Source: Granulicella sp.
GTDB lineage: Bacteria; Acidobacteriota; Terriglobia; Terriglobales; Acidobacteriaceae
Direction: 5' to 3'
Assembly (NCBI GenBank): GCA_027339965.1
Contig: DAHWNL010000035.1
Coordinates: 1 to 50,197 of the forward strand
Length of the DNA stretch: 50,197 nucleotides
A program made the translations under genes and the position numbers. The notes below the pieces were generated by a model. That model was not told the DNA's origin. It worked only from the letters and a program-made list of their open reading frames with translations, and searched no databases. Below are positions 32,443 through 42,004 of the stretch, piece after piece; positions within the stretch are counted from its first letter, which is position 1; every line of letters begins with the position of its first letter.

Positions 32443-32812
32443 GGTTCCTAAACTCCCAGAGGTTTTTCGATCGAGATCAGTGGCTCGCAGCTCGACGTCC
32501 CTTTCGCTGCGCACTCCCATCCGCTCCCCATCCTACTCCTCAGGTACTCCACTTATCGGATTGGAGCCCGATAAGCGAACGGACGGAGAAGCTTTCGCCG
32601 CTGCTTCTTTCGATTCTATCGCTCCACTGCAGGCCACAGCGCGGCTTGCTCTGCTTGGGTTGCGCTCTCTGGAGCAGGCTCGCGGCCGAAGCGGCCTTCC
32701 ACCTCAACCATCGGCGCTCAACGCCGGAACTCTTGCTTCTTGCTTGAGCAGCCGGGAGCAGGTTTGTCTTCCGGCGGCTTTGGCCGGGCCGCTCACCAGA
32801 CCTGCGAACCGG

Positions 32813-35107
32813 TTACTGGGCCGCCAGCCGCACATGGCTCCGCAAGGGAAGATCCGCTGAGGAGCCGCCCACCTCAAGGGTGTACTCCCCAGGCAGACGC
32901 TCCCAATCATTCTTCTCCGTTGAGAAGATCTTCAGATACAGCGGTGAGATGGGCACCGTCACCCTCTGGCTGGCGCCTGCCTCCAGGCTCACCCGCGCAA
33001 ACCCCACAAGTCTCCGAAACGGTTCGCCGGAACGAGCCGGCAGCGTTGCGTAGACCTCAGCGATCTCATCTCCGCGGCGAGCCCCGGTGTTCTTCACCGT
33101 AAAGCTCACGCTCTGCGCATCGGGAGCCACGCCCAGAGCCGAGTAAGCAAAGCGGGTATAACTGAGCCCAAATCCAAACGGATACAGCGGCGTCTCCTGC
33201 TCCACCTGGAACCACTTGTAACCAACCTTCATACCCTCCACGTTGTAATCCACGGTGAAATCCCTGGTCTCTTTGCCCTGCTTGACGCCCGCGCTCATGC
33301 CGTTGTTTGCAATCTTCGGGGTCAACCCTGTCACCTTCGGATGGGGTAGCTGCGCCTCGCTGGCGGGGAAGGTCACCGGCAGTTTGCCCCAGGCATTCAC
33401 CCGCCCGTAGAGCGCCGCGGCAATCGCCTGACCCCCGCCAATGCCCGGGAACCACGCCTCGATGATCCCCTTCACCTGATCCCGCCACGGCATGGTCACC
33501 GGCCCGCCCGTCTCCAGCACCACCACCGTGTTGGGATTGGCCTTGGCCACTGCCTCCACCAGAGCATCCTGATTGCCGGGCAGGCTTAACGAGGGCCGGT
33601 CCATACCCTCACTCATCCATTGCGTGACAAACACCACAACCACCTTTGCCCGCGCCGCTGCCTGCGCCGCCGGGGCGAGGTTCGTGCCGGGATCAAAGCT
33701 GATCCTCACCGCATGCGCTCCACCGCCGGCAAAGGCATCGATGCCGCAGTTGGCTTGCTGCTCCGCCTGCTGCGTGATGTAGCGCAGCGGCGCAGAGGGG
33801 AAGTACACGGGATCTCCCCACTCAGAGCCGCCTGGCCGCCCTCCCGGCGCGTCCACCTGGCCTGAACCGCCTCCTGAGATGACCCCGAAGTCTGCCTTGC
33901 CTCCGATAACGGCAATCGTCCGATCGGCCGCATTCAAGGGCAGGATGCCGTCCTCATTCTTAAGCAGCACCATGCTGCTCTCCTCGATCTTGCGGGCATC
34001 GTTGCGGCCCTGGAAGGGATTCACCACGCTGCGCAGCGGAGGATCATCCACCACCCCGCTCGCAATCATGCTGCGCACAATGCGATGCACCATGTCATCC
34101 AGCCGCGCTAGGGGAACCTGTCCATCCTGCACCGCTCGCTTGAGGGGCGATCCAAAGTACTGGTCCCCAGGCTGCTCCATGTCCAGTCCCGCCAGGGCGG
34201 CCTTCACCGTGCTGTGCGTCGCTTCCCAGTCCGACAGGACAAATCCCTTGAACCCCCACTGCTTCTTCAGCACATCCGTGAGGGTGTACTGGTTCTCGCA
34301 GGCAAAGTCGCCGTTCACCCTGTTGTAGCTACACATCACACCGGCAGGCTGGGCCATCCGAATGGCAATCTGGAACGCCAGCAGATCGGTCTCCTGCATG
34401 GCTCGCCGATCGAGCACCGCGTTGTACGTATTTCGCCCGGTCTCCTGATCGTTGAGCACATAATGCTTGATGTCGCCCATAACATGGTTGGACTGCACCC
34501 CCATGGCCAGCTTGCCCACCATGGTTCCGGCCAGCACTGGATCCTCGCTGGCATATTCGAAGTTGCGCCCATTGCGCGGCTCGCGGATCAGGTCCACGCC
34601 TCCGCCGATGGACATGTTGAAGCCCTGAGCGCGCAGCTCCCGCCCAATCACCGATCCGTAGAGAAACGCCAGCTTGGGATCCCAGCTTGAAGCCATCCCG
34701 AGCACGCTGGGCAGCAGCGTGGCGTAGCGGCTGTCCAAAGCCGCCATGCGTACCCCAACCGCCGAGTCCGCCAGGTTCAGGTTGGGTAGACCCAGGCGCG
34801 GAATGCCTGCGATGAATCCCGCGCCGCCGTTGTCCCCGGGCGGCACATAGGCTCCCGGCCGTAGCGGTCCCCAACCTATGCCATGCACCAATTGGATCTT
34901 CTCATCCAGCGTCATCCGGCGAATCATCATGTCGGCACGCGTGTCGGGATCGAGTGCAGGATTCATCCAGGGCAGGTCGCTTTTGCCGCCGGCCGGTGGT
35001 GGAATCGGCTTCGCGGACGACTGAGCTGCGGATGCTCCCGCCCAGCCCAACCCAACCCATCCGCAGCCTATCGCCAGGCTGATCTTCGCCAACCACATCA
35101 TGCTCAT
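32813..35107 (-). CDS. Glycoside hydrolase family 3 (beta-glucosidase-like), secreted
   Basis: GRNFEY.SEDP, KHY, VMCSYN, SDW nucleophile motif, VLLKN, YPFGFGLSY, C-terminal Fn3-like domain. Confidence 0.93.
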   Translation of the reverse strand: MSMMWLAKISLAIGCGWVGLGWAGASAAQSSAKPIPPPAGGKSDLPWMNPALDPDTRADMMIRRMTLDEKIQLVHGIGWGPLRPGAYVPPGDNGGAGFIAGIPRLGLPNLNLADSAVGVRMAALDSRYATLLPSVLGMASSWDPKLAFLYGSVIGRELRAQGFNMSIGGGVDLIREPRNGRNFEYASEDPVLAGTMVGKLAMGVQSNHVMGDIKHYVLNDQETGRNTYNAVLDRRAMQETDLLAFQIAIRMAQPAGVMCSYNRVNGDFACENQYTLTDVLKKQWGFKGFVLSDWEATHSTVKAALAGLDMEQPGDQYFGSPLKRAVQDGQVPLARLDDMVHRIVRSMIASGVVDDPPLRSVVNPFQGRNDARKIEESSMVLLKNEDGILPLNAADRTIAVIGGKADFGVISGGGSGQVDAPGGRPGGSEWGDPVYFPSAPLRYITQQAEQQANCGIDAFAGGGAHAVRISFDPGTNLAPAAQAAARAKVVVVFVTQWMSEGMDRPSLSLPGNQDALVEAVAKANPNTVVVLETGGPVTMPWRDQVKGIIEAWFPGIGGGQAIAAALYGRVNAWGKLPVTFPASEAQLPHPKVTGLTPKIANNGMSAGVKQGKETRDFTVDYNVEGMKVGYKWFQVEQETPLYPFGFGLSYTRFAYSALGVAPDAQSVSFTVKNTGARRGDEIAEVYATLPARSGEPFRRLVGFARVSLEAGASQRVTVPISPLYLKIFSTEKNDWERLPGEYTLEVGGSSADLPLRSHVRLAAQ

Positions 35108-35795
35108 CCATCTGCCCTTCCCAGGCCACGGTGCGGCCTTCGCATGTTTCTCTCCACTTGGGACCATCGCCGGCCTCGGCGTTCCCACCTGCCCTCGCTG
35201 TCCCCAACCATGCTGCGTCTAGCTTCGGCAGTCCTAGACAAACGTTGTACTCGTAAAGACTAAATCAAAGCATTGGGGAACGATGCTATCGGCGATAAAG
35301 TTTATCCGCCGGCGTTCCCCTTTGGGCAAATTCTTCCGCTTTGAGCCCCGGGCGGCTGGCATCAAAGCGCGCGGGGGCAGGCCTGTCATGCCAGACTGAA
35401 ACGATAGAGAATGGCACAGGAGATGCAGGCTGAGAATGGCGCGGCGGCTACACACATTCTAGGCTGGATCCCTCGCCGGGTCCGGCCAGGGCATCTTCGG
35501 ATCAGCTTGCTCTGGCGCCAAACTCTCTCGAATCGCACGAGGGCGATCCGACGATCCGAACGGCGACGAATCGACCATACTCTTTGCATGAAGATCCTAA
35601 GGCAGACGAATGTCTTGATGGCGTGCCAGGGAGCCTTTGCTTGCGAAAAGGCTTGTCTTGCCGTTCGCGCCAGGGCGCTTCCTCCTTCCCTTGCGCCTTG
35701 CCCCAGGCAGAGCGGTGTGCGCTCTTTCGTGCATCCTTCGCGCATCATTCGCGCGAGCCTGTTCACCCATCACGGCCCTTCGTACTCTAGCTCTG

Positions 35796-35907
35796 TAGCA
35801 TTTTCAGTGTTGATGGGTGTCCTGAAGAGGGCTTACAGCGGCGTTTTCATTGGAGAACACGCCCATAGAAGTCGAGGCATTGGGTGCACCTGGGCTGAAA
35901 CTGCTTT
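35796..35907 (+). ncRNA. Candidate structured ncRNA or dispersed repeat, copy 2
   Basis: Homologous to 16831-16943; outer stem AGCATTTTCAGT/GCTGAAACTGCT; apical GGCGT../..ACGCC. Confidence 0.5.
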
Positions 35908-36312
35908 CGCATCCTGGCCCTGCGGTGTTTTCCGCGAGAAGCGTTTTGTGGAGCCGACCCGACGCAGCCTGGACATAAATCCTCGCCGGTGCGGATGGTG
36001 ACCGCACCCGGGGACAGAGGGATGCCTTGGCGGAGTTCCGATCGGACGCGAAAGAATCCTGCGCGGATTCATGTGCCTGATTCCCACCGTCCCCGAACGG
36101 ATAACCCTTCACCTTCCTGAAAGGCTGCCAGCCGTCACGGGGGCCTGCCAATCTTTCTCCATAGCTTGAGATCATCGCCGCCCGCGGTGGCTGAGGTCAG
36201 CCCGGATAGACCCACGCCCGTACAGGCGCTGGAGGAGCAGCGCCAGACAGGGTTTGTCCGCAAGGAGCCAAGGAGTGACAGAGCTTCGCTCGATGACTGC
36301 CGAAGCGTCAGG

Positions 36313-39300
36313 CTACCAGAGGATCTTCACTGCCGCCTGGATCTGACGAGGGGTGTTGGACTGGCCTGAAATCACCCCAAATTGCCCCGAGGACAGCGTC
36401 ATGTTTGGAAAGCCAAACTGGACTTGATTGAGCAGGTTAAATGCCTCTGCGCGGAACTCAATGGCGACTCTCCTTGTCGGCTGAAAGCTCTTGAACGCCG
36501 AGAAGTCGATGTCATGGTACCCAGGGGCGAGAACATAGGAAAGCGTGCGTGGGGCGTCGCCAAAGGTAAAAGGAGCGGGCTGGGAAAATGCAGCGCTATT
36601 CACATACTTCGTCAGCTTGTTGATGACCGCACCGGGCTCGGAAGCTCTGACGCCGGGCACCACGTTGGGCCGCTCCGTATTGCTGCCTGAATCAGAGGTG
36701 TTCTGCGTCCTCGGCGAGAGTGGAAACCCGTCTTGCTCGGTGGCAATGCCATTGATCTGCCATCCACCCAGCACAGCGTTGAGGCCGCGATTCCATGTGG
36801 CTCCAAACCGCCTGCCACGGCCGAACGGAAGGTTGTAGACTCCGCTGATAACGAAGTTTTGCGACAGATTATCGGATGAGAGCGATCGCTCCCCGTCGGC
36901 ATTGTAGATATTCTGGATGCCGCCGGTAATATTGCCCTCATTCTCAATGCCGGAATAATCATCGATCTGCTTGGACCATGTATACGCAACCAACAGGGTG
37001 AGACCCTGGGACAGGCGCTTATTCACCTTGAGCTGGAAAGAGTTGTAGTCCACATAGCCGCTGGTGAGGAAAGATAGATAGACAGCCGTAAACTGCGGGA
37101 AGGGAGCCTGCAGATAGCTCTCCGGGATCGTAACGCCGTCTTCCGGGCCCGTCTTGATGATGTTGTAAAAGGGATTGGGAACGCTCTGTTGGAGCTGAGT
37201 TCCCAGCGCCAAAGAGTTCGTGGTGAGCTGATCTGTGTTCCAGTCGTTTTCACCTGCCTTGTTGAGGTGTACACCGTGGCTTCCAATGTAGGCAGTATCG
37301 ACTAAAAAGCCATCTGGCAATTGTCGTTGTACATCCAGCTCCCAATTTTCGGTGTAGCCCACGATATTATCTCCGTGGAGCGGATTTTCGAAAGATGTTC
37401 CGATACCTGTGAGAGCGCCAAGGCTGCTGCCGACAGGCAGGTTAATCCCGGTTGGAAATGGGTTGCTGAGGAAGGTAGAAGGCGTCAATCCATTCACGCT
37501 GCCCACGTAACTCGTAGTTGAACTGAAGCCTTCATTGCCAACCGTAGCTCCGGCTGCCCTTAGAGATGGCATGTAGTAGATGCCATAGGAAGAACGAACC
37601 ACCGTATTGGCATCAATCTGGTAAGAGAATCCAACCCGCGGATCAAAGTCGAAGTAACGCGGCTTGAACTGCCGCCGGCTCGCTCCATTGACGCCAACGT
37701 AATCCACCCCTCCTGTAAGGGATGTCAGCCCAGTTGCCGCGGCCAGTGGGGTCGCCTCGGTGGGATTGAAGGTCTCCATGCGGTTATAACGTTCTGTACG
37801 AGGAATCTCGAGGCTGTAGCGTAAACCTAGATTGACGCTCAACTTAGGAAGCGCTTGCCAGTCATCCTGGATGTATGCAGCAAAGTATCGACTGGTCGTG
37901 GCAGCATTCTTCGAGTCCACAACATAGATTCCGGTAGAGCCCAGTCCAAGCAATAAAGAAGCCACCGCATTCCCTGCCGTCTGCGTAGCGACATTTGGGT
38001 TTGGGCCTTGGGTGAGAGCCTGCGAAAAGCTGTAACTTCCGGTCGGAGCCTGCGTCTCTTCATCATTTGCCTGCAGCCACATCGCTTCTCCGCCAAAGCT
38101 GATGAGGTGGTTCTTATATACCTTGCTGTTCCGGACCCCGAGATAAAACATGTTGAAGCCGCCGTGCCGGGTCTGGCCGGGCGCAGCATCTCCCAGCGTG
38201 TAGTAATTTGCAGGTCCAATACCCGGAAACAGGAGGTGGGTTGGATTGTTGGAGTCGATATAGCTCGGAAAGCCGAGCTCCTTCACAGGGTCAAAACCTG
38301 CACTCAGGGGAGTAAAGTTAACGGCTGATCGCGCAAATCCAAAAGGGATCTCCATGATGAAGTTGGGTCCAAAATCATGCGTGTAATCGATCGCAGCCGT
38401 ATTTGCAGTCTGAGGCTCATTCTGGCCCCCTTCAGCGATGGAATAGGCTTTGGGGAATAATATCGTCGGCGGCTGGTCAAGGGCGCGATGTTCGTAGCTC
38501 ACGAACATCTGATTATGAGCGTTGATGGTTTCATCCACCCGCGAATCGAAAGTATTGATGTTCAGGGTGCTGACGCCCGAAGCAAAGAAGTTGTTTTGTC
38601 CTGAAGTGGTGCCAGGCTGGTTTGGAGGCGGATAGTACTTAAGGATGGCAGCAGCTACCGGATCGATGCGGCTCCCAGGGATGCAGTTGATATCTCCGCC
38701 GCAGAACGCCGTGTTCCCGGGCCCTTCGTTATACTCGCTGGTGAAGCTCTGGCGAGTGTAAGTGTTGGAGATGGGATTGAGGACTGTGGTTGCCGGATCG
38801 TAGATGGTAACCAACTGACCGGACGAGTCGAGGGTCTGTGAGAAGTCGCCAGCGTCCTCTAAAGCTGTGGGAACGCTGGTAGTGACCTCACTCTCCGTGC
38901 CTTGGCGCAGGCCCTCGTAAGAGAAGAGAAAGAAGGTCTTATCTCGCCCGTCGTATAGCTTCGGGATGAAGACCGGACCAGTGAGACTGATACCGAACTG
39001 GCTACGATGGAAGAGCGGAAGCGGCTCATGGGCGCGATTATTGAAGAATGTGTTGGAATCGAGCGCGGAGTTACGCAGGAACTCATATAGGCTTCCATGG
39101 AACTGATTGGTTCCTGACTTCAGAATCACGTTTACGATGCCGCTTCCGGTGCGTCCGAACTCGGTGGAGTACGCATTGGCCTGCATCTTGAACTGCTGAA
39201 CTGCATCTACGGAAGGGAAGACGGAAAAGCCACCTATGGGATTGATGATCGGCGGGGATGCCGGAATGCCGTCGATCAGAATGTTGGTGCTGCCAGGACG

Positions 39301-39933
39301 GCCGCCATCAACCGACATGTTCAGGCTGTTGTATTGAAAGCTGACGCCTCCTACGACTCCCGGAACGAGAAACATCAGGGAGAAGACGTTGCGCGCGTTC
39401 AGCGGCAGATTCACTACGTCGCGGTTGTTGATTACCTGACCTATGGAGGCATCCGTCGTCTGAAGCTGGGTCGCATCGGCAGTGACCTGAACTTGCTGAG
39501 ACTGAGAGCCGACCTCCATCACCAGGCTGATCGCGGCCATCTGATTCACGTCCAGATGAATGCCGGTCTGAAGGCTCGTCTTGAAGCCGGGCGCATCCGC
39601 CTTCACGGTATAGGGACCGCCAGGCAGCAGGGCGGGAAAGACAAACCGTCCTTCGCTATTGGTCAGGGCCGTGGTTGAGATGTTCGTGGAAGTGTTCGTG
39701 ACGGTGACGGTAGCCTTTTGAATCATGGCTCCGGAGTGGTCCTGAACTGTGCCTTGCAGGGTCGCTGTGACGACCTGGCTGCGAGCGCAAGGAGTTTTCA
39801 AGACAATAAGGACGCAGATCGCCAGCGTCAGTGCCCGGACGGCAAGATGGCGGTACGCGGAACGAGATGACCGAACGGTAAAGCCGTTTCGAACGGGCCA
39901 TTCCAGGCCAGAGATCGTGAACTTACGAATCAT
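36313..39933 (-). CDS. TonB-dependent receptor (Oar-like, N-terminal carboxypeptidase-regulatory domain)
   Basis: LQGTVQDHSGA, LPLNARN, KSGTNQFHGSLYEF.RN, YIQDDW, NLGLRY, PRVGFSY, terminal PRQIQAAVKILW. Confidence 0.93.
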   Translation of the reverse strand: MIRKFTISGLEWPVRNGFTVRSSRSAYRHLAVRALTLAICVLIVLKTPCARSQVVTATLQGTVQDHSGAMIQKATVTVTNTSTNISTTALTNSEGRFVFPALLPGGPYTVKADAPGFKTSLQTGIHLDVNQMAAISLVMEVGSQSQQVQVTADATQLQTTDASIGQVINNRDVVNLPLNARNVFSLMFLVPGVVGGVSFQYNSLNMSVDGGRPGSTNILIDGIPASPPIINPIGGFSVFPSVDAVQQFKMQANAYSTEFGRTGSGIVNVILKSGTNQFHGSLYEFLRNSALDSNTFFNNRAHEPLPLFHRSQFGISLTGPVFIPKLYDGRDKTFFLFSYEGLRQGTESEVTTSVPTALEDAGDFSQTLDSSGQLVTIYDPATTVLNPISNTYTRQSFTSEYNEGPGNTAFCGGDINCIPGSRIDPVAAAILKYYPPPNQPGTTSGQNNFFASGVSTLNINTFDSRVDETINAHNQMFVSYEHRALDQPPTILFPKAYSIAEGGQNEPQTANTAAIDYTHDFGPNFIMEIPFGFARSAVNFTPLSAGFDPVKELGFPSYIDSNNPTHLLFPGIGPANYYTLGDAAPGQTRHGGFNMFYLGVRNSKVYKNHLISFGGEAMWLQANDEETQAPTGSYSFSQALTQGPNPNVATQTAGNAVASLLLGLGSTGIYVVDSKNAATTSRYFAAYIQDDWQALPKLSVNLGLRYSLEIPRTERYNRMETFNPTEATPLAAATGLTSLTGGVDYVGVNGASRRQFKPRYFDFDPRVGFSYQIDANTVVRSSYGIYYMPSLRAAGATVGNEGFSSTTSYVGSVNGLTPSTFLSNPFPTGINLPVGSSLGALTGIGTSFENPLHGDNIVGYTENWELDVQRQLPDGFLVDTAYIGSHGVHLNKAGENDWNTDQLTTNSLALGTQLQQSVPNPFYNIIKTGPEDGVTIPESYLQAPFPQFTAVYLSFLTSGYVDYNSFQLKVNKRLSQGLTLLVAYTWSKQIDDYSGIENEGNITGGIQNIYNADGERSLSSDNLSQNFVISGVYNLPFGRGRRFGATWNRGLNAVLGGWQINGIATEQDGFPLSPRTQNTSDSGSNTERPNVVPGVRASEPGAVINKLTKYVNSAAFSQPAPFTFGDAPRTLSYVLAPGYHDIDFSAFKSFQPTRRVAIEFRAEAFNLLNQVQFGFPNMTLSSGQFGVISGQSNTPRQIQAAVKILW

Positions 39934-40568
39934 TGGTTCCTCCGGAGAAGCTTGTCTGAGTCTTTCGAAAAATGGAGCAGGTGAGAGAGTATGGCTGGGC
40001 AGGTCAACGAATGGCGTTCCGTTTCAGGTCACCGGATTGTCTATTGAACGGCTCGGGCAGAACGGTTGGCTGGTTCCGGAGATCTCCACGATGGCTGCGG
40101 TCCAATCAGCTGGAGTCTTCAGCCCGGAACGGTTTGCAGATCGTGAGATTGTTGCCCCTCGAGCGCGGCGAAGGAGCGTAGATCCCTCGCGTCGGGCCGA
40201 TCGCACTCCGTCATGAGGTGTTTCCTGTCGCGGGCCAAGCTGTTCTCTGGAGTGGCAGAGCCAAGCCTCGTGCCATGAACCGCCCGCGCCATGAGTCAGG
40301 ACTGCGGATCTCTCGCCCGGCATCCCTGCTGGAGCCGGGACGTCGGCCAGTTCAGGCGGGACAGTGGGAGGGTTGACGATCGTTCTCATCTCGGCCACCG
40401 TGCTTCGAACACAAAGCAGATTTAGGACAATGCATCCTTGACGGCATCCCGGAGGACGGCTCCTACATGAGCCGCTGGCCCCTGCTACGCCGTTCGTTCC
40501 GAAAAGATCCTGGGTCAGAGCGATGCCGGCCAGGAGCCTCCTCCGATTCCGCCGCGAAGAATGGCCGA

Positions 40569-40598
40569 AGCCTAGCACCTCTTGAAGTGCTTCGTCAA
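40569..40598 (-). promoter_or_regulatory. Putative promoter inside the IS256-like left end
   Basis: Minus strand TTGACG-18 nt-TAGGCT with TGn extension. Confidence 0.4.
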
Positions 40599-40614
40599 CA
40601 CGACTTCCGGGACG

Positions 40615-41246
40615 TGTTATAGCTCATTAGAAATGTCCCTTGGTTTTGCCCATTAGAAGTGTCCCCTTTGTGGTTGATGTTTTAGAAGCTCACCTGTGGG
40701 GTGTGCATGTGCTGATATGCCCGCTTCCAGGGATGGGTTGGTGCTGGTGTCCTGTGTCCGGCCCTAGTGGCGGACACAGGACACGGCGTGAGCTGGCGGG
40801 CCGGTCGGTGGTCGATCTACTGGAAGGCCAGCTTGCGCCCGCGACACAGACAGACCGTCGTCCGCAGCCGGATGTTCGGCCGCCAGCGTCGCCCCGAAGT
40901 CCCCATACCGCTCCTCCACACCCTTCAACACAGCCGAGCGAAACTCCGCACTATGGCCACGGTTCGACACCCGCCCGCACAGCCCATGCTGCAACCCTGC
41001 AACGCCGCCTGCGCGATATCGCTTCCACAATCCCTTGCCCTGACGGTAACTCAACTCCAATAGCTCACACGCCTGCTTCAAACTCAAGCTCCCCGATACC
41101 ACGCGCCCAAATGCCTCCCCGGGCCACTACTCCATATCACTCATCCGCGCCCGTCCCAATCCGCGCCTCCTTCTCTCCTAAGACACTCTCAGAGGGGACT
41201 CTTCTATAGTGGGCTCACAAGGGGACACTTCTAATGGGCTTCAACA
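40615..41246 (-). mobile_element. Internally deleted IS1202/ISNCY-family element (632 bp)
   Basis: TGTT...AACA ends, each with two CATTAGAA(A/G)TGTCCC-like subterminal repeats; transposase N-terminus (LELSYRQ..RYR..G..GLQHG..GR.SN, YGDFGATLAAEH) and C-terminus (PAPTHPWKR) kept, catalytic core missing. Confidence 0.8.
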
Positions 41247-41262
41247 CGTCACCACAGCAGGA

Positions 41263-41565
41263 GGTGACGTCAAGCGGCAATTGTAAAAGCGCGGAGGGTG
41301 GGGTTTTTCCAATCCAGGTTGAATCTGTGGAAGATGGAGTAGATGATACGGTCTACGGACTGGACGCTGACGAAACAGACCATAGGTCGGGTACGGCGGC
41401 GGACCTCTACAACGCAGCGTTCGATTGTGTTGGTGGTGCGTAGCTTGCGCCAGAGGTGTTTTGGGAAAGCGAAGAAGGCCAGCAGTTCGGGCAGGTCGCG
41501 CTCCAGTTGCCGAACCACGACGCCATAGTGGGTGCGCCAGCGGCGGCAGAAGGCCCGCGCGGCCA
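41263..41565 (-). pseudogene. IS256-family transposase C-terminal fragment with right IR
   Basis: LLAFFAFP..LWRKLRTTNTIER..EVRRRTR; stop at 41270-41272 inside terminal GGTGACGTC. The 41565 boundary is approximate. Confidence 0.8.
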
Positions 41566-41795
41566 GAGGCCTTTGACCCGAACTCGCGCTGCTCGCGCCC
41601 CCAGCAGTGCAATACCTTGGGGTTGATCACGCAGGCCCGCGCCGCTTCGGCCAGTGACGCCCCCGAATCCAGACGGCGTACCGCCGCCGCCTTAAACTCC
41701 CGCGTGATCTTCCGTCGATTCAATCCCGTGACACAGTTCTCCACTCGCTGAGAAATATGTTTTATTCGCCTGTCTCAATTTTGGGGTCCACTTCA
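41566..41795 (-). pseudogene. IS3-family left end plus OrfA fragment
   Basis: IR TGAAGTGGACCCCAAAATTGAGACA from 41795; RRKITREFKAAAVRRL..GASLAEAAR...LHCW HTH, truncated. Confidence 0.78.
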
Positions 41796-41890
41796 ACTCA
41801 TGAGCGGCAAGTTGTTTTTGGAAGCGCCGCAGGTACTTCTCGTCCCGCGCCTCGATCAACTCGCCAACCGGTGCGGCGGCGGTGATAAGG
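41796..41890 (-). pseudogene. istB: IS21-family IstB helper ATPase fragment
   Basis: Hand translation ITAAAPVGELIEARDEKYLRRFQKQLAAHE, matching the IstB segment before Walker B; interrupted by the IS3 end. Confidence 0.65.
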
Positions 41891-42004
41891 CCTTGACAGT
41901 CGCTTCCGCACAGCCGTACAAACGGTTATCCCGAGTGCGGAATCAGCAACCCGGAGCGCACCGAGCAGCAGACCTATCTAGGGCAATCAAAGGACACGTT
42001 GAAC

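Noticed and set aside
30970..32451. 493-aa + strand ORF
   Set aside because: Antisense shadow of icd.
35386..36175. Several 70-200 aa ORFs in the GH3-TonB gap
   Set aside because: Arg/Ser/Cys-rich, mutually overlapping, no motifs; treated as non-coding.
40625..40665. Direct repeats CATTAGAA(A/G)TGTCCC as a possible CRISPR or iteron array
   Set aside because: Two units per side, mirrored at 41195-41236; explained as IS subterminal repeats; no cas or rep genes.
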